Shown one piece after another: positions 13,420 to 27,400 of a stretch of 64,000 nucleotides of DNA. The notes beneath the pieces were generated by a model that ran no database searches, was not told the DNA's origin, and was given only the letters and a program-made list of their open reading frames with translations. The DNA is from Bugula neritina (taxonomy: Eukaryota; Animalia; Bryozoa): positions 12,018,722 to 12,082,721 of the forward strand of contig OZ037766.1 of assembly GCA_964035545.1 (NCBI GenBank), read 5' to 3'. Every line of letters begins with the position of its first letter. Positions within the stretch are counted from its first letter, which is position 1. Both the position numbers and the translations under genes were made by a program.

Positions 13420-13959
13420 GAATCGTTCTCTGAACGTTGATTTCGACATAATTATCGATCAATAAATTATGCGATCAATAAATGAGATAAGTGCATGAAT
13501 GTGACTTAACAAGTCAAAATAATTAAAATAGGCAATGGTTGTATTTTGACAATAAGTTGAATAAAATAATTGTATCTGAATAGAGAATATTATTGTATCC
13601 TATACAGTAGAACAAATATAATTTGAAAGAGCGGAGGATTTTCCTAATTTTTAGCCCTCTCACTTATTGCAAATCAGAATATTGCGCTATTATCAACTAC
13701 AGTAGCGAAAAGTTAATTGTGCTGGGTAATTTTACCGAAGTGTTCATTGACTGATTGAGCAGCTCTGGTTCCGCTATGCACTATATTCATACTTTAAGTT
13801 TATAGAGCTTTTAGTTTAAAATTTATCAATTGATTACAATACGTACAATTTGAGTTGACGCTAATTATTATTATTAACTATAAGTTATTTAGTTTTACTC
13901 TTAGATAAATTTAAAATTTTTAATGACCCACCGGGCCATTGGCATTTTATTTAATCATG

Positions 13960-14920
13960 AGATTGAGTGTAATTATTATTAATAAATCATCATTACTATT
14001 ACTATTAGTATTAGTATTAGTAATAGTTGAGACTGAGTAGTAGTATTATTATTATTATTATTAGTATTAGTAATACTAATAGTATTAGACCTAGTAATTA
14101 CCACTAGTAGTAGTACTAGTACTAATAGTATTAGTAATAATACTAATAGTAAATAGTAATACTATTACTAATACTGTAATAGTAATAGTAATACTCTTAT
14201 AGTAATAGTAATACTCTTATAGTAATATAGTGATACTATTAGTATTAGTATTAGTATTACTTAGTCTTATAGTTATACACTTACATTAATAGTTAATACG
14301 TACAAACTTCAGAGATTTGAAATGAGATACTAGCACAGCTCCTCCGTAAACTATAACTTTTTGAGCAGACATCCTGAACTACTGTAAGTGTATTAGCATT
14401 AGCTATGAGTATTACTATTTCTATAACTATTACTATTAGTCTTAGTAATTACTAATTAGTATTTGAAATTAATGCTAATAGTAATACTAGTAGTAATAGT
14501 AGTAGTAATACTCAATTTGAATTACTAGTAGTTATACTTATAGTAATACTAATAGTAATTGTAATAATGATGAATAGTAATACTATTTACTAATACTAAT
14601 AATTTTAAAGTTAGTATTACATTTAATATTAGTATTACTATTACTCATACTAATAGTGTAATACCGATACTGGACGTGTAAGTCTTAGTCTAACCCTAAG
14701 AGTAAGTATATTAGTATTATTATTACTGTTACAGTATTACTATTGCTATTGGTAATGGTATTACTATTACTATTAGTAATTAGTATAAGTATTACTATTA
14801 GTATTACATTTGCTAGTGCTATTAGTATTAGTATTAAACTATTATGATTACTATTGGTATTATTATTATTGTTAGTATCACTGTATGAGTATCAGTATGA
14901 GTATCACTATCAGTATGGTC
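13960..14920. repeat. AGTAAT/TACTAT-rich low-complexity tract in the divergent promoter / 5' region
   Basis: Dense imperfect TAGTAA/ATTACT/TACTAA reiterations. Similar tracts occur near 12100, 44880-45400 and 53640-53780. Confidence 0.7.
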
Positions 14921-16035
14921 TGTAAGTGTAAACTGTAAATATATAAATATTTAGACTTTTACTTTACACAATCGCTCAAAGTCAATGAGTATCACACTTT
15001 GACTAACAGTAACAGCAGCTTTGGATAGAGTTTGGGTAGACTTGATTGTCAGCAAAAGGACCAATTATATTGATTTAGTCATTTACTTTATTTATCTTCA
15101 ATGTTTGGCCTTCATCAGTGTTGGCGAGCTATTGATCATTGATGCAATTACAATAATTACAAAGTAACAGTAACACTACACTAGCATTTACAGTTACTTC
15201 ATAGTTTTTAGTAGCTGTAAAATTAGGTAAAGTTCACCTTTGAAGCTATTACTGACAAAACATAACAATGAATAAATAATTGAAATATTATCATTATGAC
15301 TATCAATATCATAATGAAAAACTGCTTAAAATAAGTTGGAGTAATTGATTTAAAAATCAATTTTATAATTACTAATTCTCTTAATAATAAATTACTCATT
15401 ATTACTCTTACTATTAGTAACCTATAATTAAATTATTTTATTTTGTATTATAGATGTAAAATGTAAGATATGATCATCTTTTTAATTCCTATTGAATTCT
15501 ATTCAAAATAAAGATAATAAATTTAGCATTAATAATTATTATATTATATTATTGAAGTATGAGAAGGTAGTTATTGTTAGGGTTTGTTAGTATTGCCCCT
15601 TGAAGTTGTCAGATTTTTCTTAGTAGGAAGCTATTGTGATATCAACTGTTGTTGGTGCTAGCAAATCTTAGAAGTCTTTATTTTATGTCTGAGCCCTAGT
15701 TTTAATAAGGCTTTTTGGGGTTTTTATCGATTTATATGTTACAGAAAAGCACTGAAAGATTTTGTTCTTTCTTTAGATCACCATAAAGCATTTTAGTCCT
15801 ATGAATCTTTTCATTTAACATTTCCTTTGCTTCTTATACTCAGCATCAACTATTGATGTTAGCTATGGCTCTTACTGACTGTGTTTGCAGATATCCTACG
15901 GCATATATTTTTATTGTGATATAGAGTTTTTATCCCTATGAGAACACTCGTGAAGGAAAGGATTTTTTGAGCAGACTTGTTTTCTATTGTGGCAATTGAG
16001 CAATTGTGATCAAAAACCTTTTCTAATATCACCAA

Positions 16036-16110
16036 TGGCCTTTGCTGGGACTCGAACCACTTACCTCGTGTTTACTAAGCTAGTGCTCTAACCACTAGAC
16101 AATGCCTGCC
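16036..16110 (-). mobile_element. tRNA-derived SINE head (Pol III A and B boxes)
   Basis: The minus strand reads GGCAGGCATTGTCTAGTGGTTAGAGCAC...GGTTCGAGTCCCAGCAAAGGCCA. A-box and B-box are present, but the acceptor stem does not pair, so this is not a functional tRNA. The body probably extends to lower coordinates. Confidence 0.55.
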
Positions 16111-16190
16111 TCCTAGTTCTCACACAGCAGATACATAGTCTATGTGAAGAAGGTGCAAGAATGACTAGCCTATATGTCTTGTCTTCGTTG

Positions 16191-16683
16191 CAGGGTTGGG
16201 GTCAATTACATATGAATGTAATTAATTACAATTGCATGAGAATTTGTCAATTACAATTATAATTACAGTTGAAATAAATGTAATTAATTACAATTACATT
16301 GAAATGTCATTAATTACAATTACTTTTGTTGTCACAGGAGACAAATAAAAGTTATATAATCTCACTTCTGGGGTACCCAGAGCAATTTTGACAGGGGGGG
16401 GGGGAACCTTCCTTGTCTTCAACAGTAGCAAATAGGATGATACATTAAATTAATCTGAACTTTTTATTAAACAGTAGGCAAGGCAGAAAAAATATGAATT
16501 TTGTAAGATTTAAAAATTTGAAGTAATTGTTATGTAATTATAAAGTAATTGTAAAATTCAATTACATTAGCAATGTAATTAATTACAATTACATTTTTAT
16601 ACATCAATTACAAATTACATTCAATTACTTGAAAAGATGTAATTAATTACAACCAATTACAAATTACCATTACCCCAACCCTG
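16191..16683. mobile_element. Non-autonomous hAT MITE (493 bp) with AATTAC subterminal repeats
   Basis: TIR CAGGGTTGGGGT / ACCCCAACCCTG. Perfect 8-bp TSD CTTCGTTG at 16183-16190 and 16684-16691. Many AATTAC/GTAATT subterminal motifs. Confidence 0.9.
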
Positions 16684-17384
16684 CTTCGTTGTTGCATATT
16701 TTTTTGCACCTGGGTGGTATAAGGTTCAACTGTAAGATATTGGTATCAGCCATCTTTGCGACCTTGCATGATTTCTTAAGAACTCATCAATAGCAGAGCT
16801 GCATCTAAATCAGATATTCAAGTTGTGGCTCAGTTAGAAACTTCAAGTTGAATCTAAATTGTACACTCAATCTGTGACTTAACCCTGTTTGATTTGACTT
16901 GTAGGTCTTGCAAATAGTTGTAATGTTCATTTCAATATTTGCATTAATTAACTATATAACTTGAATTTGGAAGTATGAGAGTCAGACATAAACTTATATC
17001 TAATGCTTCCAGGTTGCAGCTTGGATGCAATTGAAATAAGTGTGTTTTGCAAGTATTATATTCGGAATATACAATATACCTAAATGTAACCTAGTTTTCT
17101 GCATTTTACTGAAAGTTTAAACTTGAGTTTTCCTATTACCGATCAAAATCATTCAGTAACAACAAAGCTCCAATAGTGGTTATAGCATCATCATTCACAT
17201 AAAGGCTTTGGAAGCTTTAGGTTTATATGCTATTTCATAAAAATGAAGGGTCTAGCTTATTTAAAGCTCTTAAAGTCAAATTATTTTTATGTTGATAGTT
17301 TTGTTAAATACAAATCTTTGACTTATATGATGATTTCATGTTTTTAGTGCTGGAAATAAGCTTTCTGGAGTGAAGTCAGATGAA

Positions 17385-20162
17385 ATGGCTAGTTTATTGC
17401 ACTATTTGGTAACATTCTGCTGCTTGTTCTCTGTACTAGTGACCGTTAATGCTCAAATAAGCAAAGTTTCCTATAGAATTGGTGGCTCTGACATTTTTGA
17501 TGAGGGTTTCTTTAATGTGAATGAACCGCTAAGTGGTTTATGTACTGGAAGAAATGACTCGGACAATGTTGACTTACCTTTTCCTAGTAGCTCTTCTGTA
17601 AGTTTTTTCTACGCACCAAAATCTGATTGCCAGTATGTTAAAGATGCAGATTCGAATATTTCTGCTTTCCCAACTGCTACGGAAACCCTCGAAAATGGAC
17701 AGCTATCTTTTAATATAGCAACTCCTGAGTTACGGTTCTACAGATTTGCCTGTGATGTTACTTCTAACAGCGGTAGTATCTCAGCCTGTAGATATGCTTC
17801 TATGTATGATCTCACAATTACACCTGACAAAAACGAACTGATTTGCAATCTGAAATTTGCCCATCAAGATTTTGATGAGTTCCCTACTCCAGTTAACGTT
17901 TCATGGTTTCGAAATGGGGTGTCGTTGCCTAATGAAGCACAGATCATCACAGAACTTGATTTTAGCACAGTATCCTCATTTACAGATTATTCAGTCAAAT
18001 CTTTCTCTTCAGTTTTAAAGCTGTGTAAGTATAATTTTCAATATTGTAAAGTTTTTTTTGGAATGGAAGACATTTACTAATAATTTCATAAAAACAAATT
18101 GAAACTATTGCACGTTTTTTTGTCTTTTTTTTGTCTGAGCGAATTCTGTACTCTGTTGTAGCTAGCTATGCGGGTTCATCGGGAGTCTATGCGTGTAAAA
18201 TCTTCACTCCAAAACAATTTCTTAGTACTGAGTTTCTGAATGAGACTGCCCCTGAAGGACAATACATACAACTTGACCCAGACAAAGAGCAGTATGTTGA
18301 CGGCAATTCGGTCGAGATTTCCTGTGCGGTAATTACTGATGAAGTTTCACTTACACATATTGATATTTGTGAAAATTCATGATAGAATTTCAACAAAAAT
18401 GAACTATCATGGGCGTGCCTACATTAACATATTTCATTGTACAGACTACAATTGTAGCCAACCTTGAGGCTTTTACTCCAATGATGGTTCAAAGGCTTCT
18501 TCTAAAAGTCTGTTAAATATACACGTCAGCCATATTCCTAGTCTTGTTGAAAATTTTGGCATTTCTAATTTGCAATTTACTCGAGATTTCCATTTATGCT
18601 TTAGTATTTTTCAATTATGTATCAATGTAGTAATGGCTAGTTTGTAAGTCATCATGTCTGGTTTGTAACTAATATATAGAGTTAAATTATAATCATGTAA
18701 TATATCAAAGCATAGTTTCTTTTCGGTAGTATAGTTTTATGGGTTTTGAGTAAAGCATTGCTTGACTTGGCTTTAGCTCTAGTGGAAGGTTAAGCACTAT
18801 ATTTAATATAATTTGTCTACAATCTTAGTAATATATCGTTATGCCAGTACATTTATTTACAGCTCTGGGATTTTGTTCTGTTTTTTAGTTTTCAGGTTTT
18901 CCTGAGCCAACCATTGAGTGGTTCATTGATGATGCTCCATTGACTTTAAATTCTGTGGAAAAAACGGTGAATGGCCAGCGTGTTTCTACTATCACCATTG
19001 ACTCTCTGGAGAATACCGTAGACAGGGGACTTTACATGTATGTGACACATTTTACTTGCTACCCGACTTACCTGTTTTTCATCTGAGTTGACAATAAACT
19101 TTGCCTGAATATTGCTGTCCCATCTTTTTAAGCTACTCTTCTCTCTTTTAGTAGATTAAAGACTTAGTTCCATATTTAGCCATAAAAATGTCTATTATTC
19201 ATTTTAATGTGTAGTTTTTGAAATGGTGATATTCCAGTTTAGCTTTTTTGTTGCTAAAATGCTGTTTGAATTATTAGCTAGGAGGTTAGCTGTAGATTAT
19301 ATGGGTTTGGGCGTAATATGTGACGTGATTTAAGAAATCATCTGCCAACTAACACCTTTTTTCTTTTTGAAAACTTGAGGCTTTCGAATTCTAATCAATA
19401 GAATGTCTCTCTTGTACTTTAGAATATCTTCTATAATTTGGGGAAAAAATGTCTAAAAGATGTCAATGTGTCAAGCCGCTTGTGTTCTATTTTATGCACA
19501 TTCTATGCTAAGTGGATTCAGTAAACATTAAGTTCTGTTATGATGTAAGCACACGCAGGAGACCTTTAAACAGTATTTGGTTATCTCACAGGTGTCGAGC
19601 GACTAATATTTATGGAGTTGATCAGCTGACAGTTTTGTTACGAGTGAGGGATAAACTGGGTGCTCTCTGGCCATTCCTAGGCATTCTAGTTCAGGTGAGT
19701 TGTTACCTTGGCAAGTGATAAGGTAAACATTGATAGGTAGCATAAGCTCTAAAGTATTCTTCTCAACTCATGCAGTACATAGCTGTTGATTGGGAGAAAA
19801 ATCTCTTTTAAATCTAGTTAAAATAGTTTGAATTTTCTCTATAAATCTTGTATGTTACTGAGTATAGATGCTGCCACAGGCATATCACATATGATGGAAT
19901 GTGAATGCTGATAGTAGCTCACTGTATACATGTCAGTTTATTCATGCTGTATTATAGATTATTATTAGGTGCACAGGTTACTGCACTATATTACTAATTA
20001 TGCACTAATATACTGCACTGTAGTTATTTATGAATACATGTACAGGTTATTCTCCTGGCTATATGCATTGCGGTTGGCGAAAAGGTTAGAAAGAAGAAGA
20101 TAGCTGAAAAACAGATTCAAAAGCAACTTGGAAGTGAAAATGATGGAAATGTCCGCACTTAG
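17385..20162 (+). CDS. BSG: Basigin/neuroplastin-like Ig-superfamily type I membrane protein, ~391 aa
   Basis: Exons 17385-18024, 18162-18328, 18889-19037, 19592-19694, 20046-20162 (1176 nt, in phase). Signal peptide; Ig motifs (VSWFRNG, GVYAC, GFPEPTIEW, DRGLYMCRATNIYG); family signature LRVRDKLGALWPFLGILVQVILLAICIAVGEKVRKKK. Confidence 0.85.
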
Positions 20163-21482
20163 AATGTGGTGTTTGGGATATATATCTACTAGCTTGTACT
20201 AAGCAGACTGGCCTAATATTTCTATACACCTGACTGTCGTTTAGTGCCACTGTTCATAGTACACTATTTACTGCAATAATAGCCATTGTTGTAATATTTT
20301 GCATGAGTACTTTGGATTTTTCCGTTGTTGAATATTTAGTATCAACCTCTGCCTAGTTGGGACTTGTTCCTTAATCAGTGTAGTAGTGTGATCTTTACCC
20401 TACTGTTTGATGGCCTATGATTTTGTGCTTTCCTATGTCTGTAAAAGGTAACTTTACAAAGCCATGACCATCTCTAATAGACTCTGACTTGATATATGTA
20501 TGCCTATTTTAAGTATTGTTGCTATGGAACTGTTACCAGTTTTTTTGTTGCCCATTATGTAAATTTTACCTTAATGTATTTTTAGATGTCAACTAGTTAG
20601 ATTGTGTTTAATTTGAACTAATTACGTATATTATTGATAATAGAATCAATTCATTTGGCATGGGTTTTGGGAGCTATGTAACCACTTGGTTTAGTTTTTG
20701 CTTTGCTTTGTAATGACTGTAACACTGCCACATTACATCATCATAATTTGTGTCAACTTTTGAGATATTGTTTTTGTATAATACAATCAAGCTTGCATGA
20801 ATGTTTGCTATTTATTCTATTACTGTAGTATGAAAGTCACTAATAAATTATCTATTAGAATATAATGGAGATTTTATCATTTAAAAAATGAGATATCACT
20901 TTTCTTCTATAAATGTCATGATAAATTACAGATTTGTGCTAATGCAATATATTTGTTATCTGGAACTATTATAAATATGCTTTTATATTGACTTGAACTG
21001 TTGAAAAGTTGAAAATTACGTTGAAATACAGCAACTTCAAAACAAAGCAGGAAATAACTATTTTAATATTTAGAGTTTGATGGAACTCAAATCATTATTA
21101 ATGTAAACTGTTGTAAAAATTATTTTATGCACACGAATTCTACAATTTTCTTTTCTGTCTTAAATTGTATAGCTCTCAAATGTACAACATTTTTATCTCA
21201 TGTAATAAGCTAATGCAACTATGATTTATGAATAACTGCCAGAGGGAGAGCAATAAATAACCGCTATGCCAATAAAACCATGCAACATGCTCACATTACA
21301 CTAAAGTAACATTATATGTAACAACATAACATAACATTGGATTTTACATAATTGGTATACAATTGTTGGGGCAATATTTTTCTAATATACGAAGTTATGC
21401 AGAATATGCCTATAGATAGTTATATGTGAAAAGTACAAGGGTATACACAGCGTAATCAGTAAGAACAAACATTGTTGCAGGT

Positions 21483-24400
21483 TTATTTTCCATCACTTGA
21501 ATTGGCTAATATTGCTGCTATTCTTCTATGTCGAGCGTCATCTGAATTGTTACGACTACTGGGTCTGCTGCCACTATGACTTCCTGTAGAGACAACTCTA
21601 GCTATAGGGTCACATGAGCTCTTCTCACTGTTGATTGAATCCTGTGATCCACCAATAATAGACGCTATTCTTGCACGTCTTCTTTCTACACTCGTTCCTC
21701 TGCTTATTGGTGAAAAATCTCTTATGAAATGGTTATTATCTAAAGAATCTGATGAGCCTGACATTCTAGAAAGCCTTGTTAACCTACTATTCACCTCAAT
21801 GTCTGAAGCTGGAGACATCTGAGAGCGAATGAATGGCTTACTAGTTGAATCTTTATTAATTAATGTTTCTCGTCCACGTTGGGCTGCAATAGCACCTTCA
21901 GGTTCATAACTGTAATATTCAGACATTCTTGGGGGTGATCTTTCAATTTCAATAGGAATTATTCTTTCTTCTGAATCATCAAACTGATTATAATTCCGCT
22001 TAGTATAACTTCCTCTATCTTGCCTACTAGTTGGCATGGCATCATCTTCTGCATATGAAAATGGCGTATATCGTTTCTGTACACCATCAGCATCATTAGA
22101 ATTTTGATCAATGCTAATTTTTCTACCACTGTAATTTTTCTGGGTTCTTGCATACCTTGAAACTGGTGAGGAATTTTTCTCAGAGTAGTTAGTAGCTCTT
22201 GGCGGTTTTGCATGGCTAGGCGTGTCTGGTGTTGATGAAATTTCCGAGCTCACCACATGACTTCTCTCTAAAGACGTTGATCTGTCGGAGAAGCATAAAT
22301 TTGAAGATGCAGAGTTGTGTTTCTCACAGCTTCTTTTTTTGAGATGTTTTAATGGTTCACTGTTTGATTTGCCCAATTCATTTAAATTTGCACCACTAGC
22401 GTACTTAGTGACGGTTTGTGTTTCTTCAGTCGGCTTAAAATTAGAAGCTAGATCATAATTCTCTCCACTGCTCCAATGTGACTCATTCTCGGAGGGCAGC
22501 TTATTAGAGCTGTTTGAATCGTTTGCTTTAAACTCAGTATCGGTGACTTCAGGATCGCAAGATAGTTTTGTTGTTGAGACTTGAGACTCATTTGGTTCTT
22601 TTGTGAGATATTCAGCGGTTTTATTAGTCATGTTATTAAAACTTGTAGAATTGCTTTTCTGCTTAGTGATTAATTTTTGAGTTTTCTCTTCAAGTTCACT
22701 GGTGACGTCATGTTTAGTAAAATAATTTTCAGTAGTGTGTTTTGGCTCATCTCTGAGTTCATTCATATCATCAACACTTTCAGGTTTCTCTTCGAACTCA
22801 CTGTCTGTTCTATTTATGCTAAGATCCTGATTTTCATTTTCTTGGCTGCTCTGATCTAAGCAATTGTCATCATTGTATTCATCAATGATAGGCTTTTCAG
22901 TAAGAGATATTTTTTCACTTTCATTTTCTTCATGATATTCTGGCAATTCCTCATCAAAATCTTTTCCCACACTCGTAAACGGCTCAATGTACTTCTCAGA
23001 AACAGATTTTTGTCCAATATCTTGAGAGTTTTGAATATTTGGATCTTTTAGAAGATTGTCATTCTCCATTTGATCTGAGAAATTTTGTTGCCAGGTGTTT
23101 TTTAATTGACTTTGAGCAGTTTTTGTTTCTAAATCATTTACTGCTGGGTTCGAGGAATTTAAATTATTCATTGGCAATGTTCTGGCCATTTGTCTGAGCT
23201 CATCTAATGTTGCAGTAGATTTACCTGAGCTAGAGCTATCATAACCACTTGAAAAGGATACAGAAGAAGTTATTGGAACATGTGAGCCTGTAGAAAATAA
23301 CTTTTTAGTAGTAGACCGAGATGTGGCTTTGTGGAGAAACAAGTTGTTTTTTTCATCCTTTTTAGGTCTAGCTTGCAGAGCCGCTCTACTAATCTCCAGA
23401 TATTCATGAAGGTCCAATACCTTTGTTTTATCATCTGCTTCTGGCTTTGACATTTCTTCATTAGTATGAGGCTCAGTATTTTCCTTTCTCAGTTGTGCCA
23501 ACTTTTTGAGTCTGTTCAAAGCTATGATGGCTCTGATAACTTTCTGTAAAGTTCACAATATGATCATACATATATGTACAAATATATTATAGGCATGTAA
23601 AATATTAACATCTGAAGACAGGTAAATTTTCCAAATCACATTTTTTCTTTCAAGATATTTAGAGGTTGTAGACGCAGTGATGGAGAAATTTAATAAAGGA
23701 AATCAAAGAACTTAGGCTACCTAAATTTCTCCATTATGGCTTCTAAATGAAGATTTAATGGCAAGAAACCTATGAGTAAGTTACACGTGCATAATATTGA
23801 ATAGAATTTAAAACTATGTTCTCTAAAACGATTATTTAACATAACATTATCTTCATGTTACATTAGGCAGTATTAATAAGTGCTTAGATAAACTTGCAAT
23901 AATTTTAACACACTCGGACAATGGTGTCATAGATTTTACCTTCCACTTTCTTCTAACAAAAAACTTGATATGATGTTTCTTTGACAGATGCTTGTTAGTC
24001 TGGGATCTGGAAATCTTGTTGAGCCATGAATGTTTCATACACTCTTCAGCTGTCATTCTTTTCCTACAAGACATTAACACTACATAAAGTTAAACTTCAT
24101 TGCAAATTCTAATTAGTATAATAGCTAAGTCATATTCCAAGAATAGTAGATGTTTGATTATATGCACTTTTTTGTTAAAATTAGGCCTATACAGTTATGT
24201 AAAATCCGGTCAAAGTAATGAATAATTCAACAATAGAAATTTGCTGTCATAAAACCTGTGTTATGTCTTATTAGTTTAAAAACAGCTTTTTGTGGTAGGC
24301 AAAGTAGGTGTACATAAGCAAAAAACAGAGTATAGCTAACATAGCTATGAAAATTCAATTAAAGCTGTAATGATATAACAAAAGCTTTCCATGCTCTTGT

Positions 24401-27400
24401 AATGTCTTAACAACTTGCCTAGGGTCTTTCAGGAGCAACTTCTTGATAAAATCTTTACACCCAGCTGTCACCTCATCAAATTCTTCAGCAGCGAAATCAA
24501 AATCTACCATTTGTATGTTGCATATGGTTTCTGAATCATCATCTCCACAAAATGGGGATAGACCAGAAACACTGTAACAAAGCATTTCGATAGCTGCATT
24601 CATCCTGCTTGATTAGTTATAAAATTGAAGTGTTGCATACTGCCTTCTATATCGAATTTAGCACTTCTCTATTAAAAAATATGCTATACGTAATATGTAA
24701 TCAGCTGTAAATATATTTTCTTTATATAAGTTATAAATTGCTTAACAAAAATTGGTCCAGGACTCATTTGACTTTCTGTGAAATATGATATAGATTCATT
24801 TGAGCGTTTGCTATCAACATTCTTGGGGTTCACTTTTTGAAATATTCATTATTCTACTTTATACAGTTATGCCATTAAAACTCCTGCAGTAACAAGTTGT
24901 TCATTACATAGCAAGAGAAACTGAACACATTGCTAAGTCTTACAATGCTATACAGCTACATTATATAGGCACTAGATAGCTCTATGCTCTCTCACTATAA
25001 ACCACAAGTTCAAGACTAAAAATGTATAAAATGACACAATGCAAAAGTTCAACACCATGTGAGATTGGTATTGCTAAAGTAAACATAGTTAGCATATATA
25101 ACACTCACAGGACATAGCAGATAACTCCTACACTCCACATGTCTGTAGCTGGAGTCACGTCTTCATAGCTGCACACCTCAGGCGCCATGAAGTCTACAGT
25201 CCCAGCCAGAACTTTCACACTTGAGAAGGGATCATATCTCGTAGCCAGACCAAAGTCGATTATTTTTATTCTAGTTCCAGTTTTGGCAACACAGACAATG
25301 TTCTCTGGCTAAAATTGTATACGTAAGAATATCTAGTTATGATGTATGTGTAAAATAAAATGCTTAGTAAATATAGTTCAATTCACACGTAATATGATTA
25401 ATATTGCCTAAATAGGCGAACAAGCAATATTACATCCTAATAAAAGTAGCATACCAAGTTTTAATAATAATAATACTGTGAAGTGAAATTCTGATACATT
25501 AGAATAATAAAAAAACACTTTTCATGACATTAAATTTCAAAACTCTGCTTTGACTTAAAAAAGATAAGAAATAAGTCTGCTTTCAAAAGTATTACATAAA
25601 AATTAATTGAATATTAATTTCGTTTACAATCTAATCGGCAGTGAAAATACATGAAGTGTCTTTATTTTGAATACCTTCAGGTCAAGGTGAAGGACACTTT
25701 GAGAGTGAATGTATGCGAGGCCGTCGATGATCTGCCTTATGAACAATATGGCCACTCTTTCTGTCAAATTAAAATCTTCGTCTATCACCCGATCAAACAA
25801 TTCCCCGCCTTCCACCCTGCAACAAACAGCAAGAATTGTTACATTTCTTATAATACACATACAGTACACTTTGCATACTTATGCAACTGATGCAATATCT
25901 AAAACTTCAAATTAAACCACTACAATGGGGGTTGAATGTAGATGGCAAATTAATTGCAGAATTTTTATAACATATGAGACTAATGCTTATTCTACCATTA
26001 TTAAAACTGGTCCTAACCTGGCAATCTCAATCTTAAAAGGTAGATTTAAACAAAATATTTTATATTATTTTGTCCACTGGCAAACATTGCTGTGATGAAA
26101 ACAGATTTTCAATGCTATAAGGATAAGAATTGACTGCATTTTGAAACAGCAACATTTTGTTATTAATCTACCATCTACCTAACTTTAGAGTGTTAAGTTG
26201 TGTTTCTATTCTACAGCACAAAGTCACAGGCTTCTGTATGCATAGTTGATAAATACAACTCTAAAAAGGCAAAAGTGAACTCAGACTGTCTAAAAATTAT
26301 GATTAGCTATCGTGTAGGTGTATATGATTTTAGTGCATTGAGTAGGTAGTAGGGGCATCCCTATATAACACTATAACTATATGAACAGGTTAATGTATTG
26401 TGAATTATATATACTCTGATTTGATGATGCAAATGTTAATGCTGTTAGTACATTCTGCATTAGCAGATTGCCTAATGAATTCCAACGATGATTAAGTCTC
26501 TAGTAAACATTTCCTATTTATGATCACAATTATTAGCTTAGTAGATGGAAATATTACTTGTACTCAACACAACTGTATAGACAGTCAGTGAGTAAAACCT
26601 TCACCGCATCTACTCAAGTTACTTGCGTTAAAAGGAAGATCATAAATGTTATTGTATGGGAGAGTTTACAATAAAACATGATAATAATCACTCATCACCA
26701 TCTCTTGTGTAACATTGGTGAACTTTGAAAGGCATATTTGTTGGCATAACACAATTGACATTTTACAACTCACTCCATAATATTTACTGTGCTTTCAATA
26801 AAATATGCTGCAAATAGTAAGTTATTACTGAATGATATAACCACTAGTGCTATAATACCAGCCCATAGTCTAGTGATGGGCATTTATAGATGAAACTGAG
26901 CAACCCTGCCAACAAAAATGACATATTTGATTAAGTTGTAGCCTTACATTTAGAAATTTAAACTTAATAATGCATTTCTCAATTTTTCCCAACTATTTGA
27001 TTTAGCTGAAAAATTAAGTAGTTGAGCAAATTTTAAAGTCTAGTTACGACTGGGAAAAGGTGTATAAAACAGATTAGTACTTGCATGAGAGCAGAAGCAT
27101 GGGTTTTGTTTTTAAAGCCGTATAAATACCAACTGCTGGACAAATTGAAACTGATATCTGCTATTCTATTAGATTTTAGAAGGATCAGACAAAGTATGCA
27201 ATAACTTAAAAATACGAACAAAGAAAATATATAGCAGAGGTGAAAGTGCAACATGCAAAGCAGCAGGAACACTTACAGTTCAGTTATAAGGCACATCTGC
27301 TTAGCGCTTTCAAACGCATCGTATATCTGTAGAACTTTAGGATGCCGCAGTTGTGACATTATTCTTATTTCTTTTCGAACTTCTTCTTTTTCTTTCTCCC

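Noticed and set aside
15116-15200. Second hAT-like end (CAGTGTTGG plus AATTAC motifs)
   Set aside because: No matching right TIR or TSD found.
16036-16110. tRNA gene
   Set aside because: A and B boxes are present but the acceptor and anticodon stems do not pair; better explained as a SINE head.
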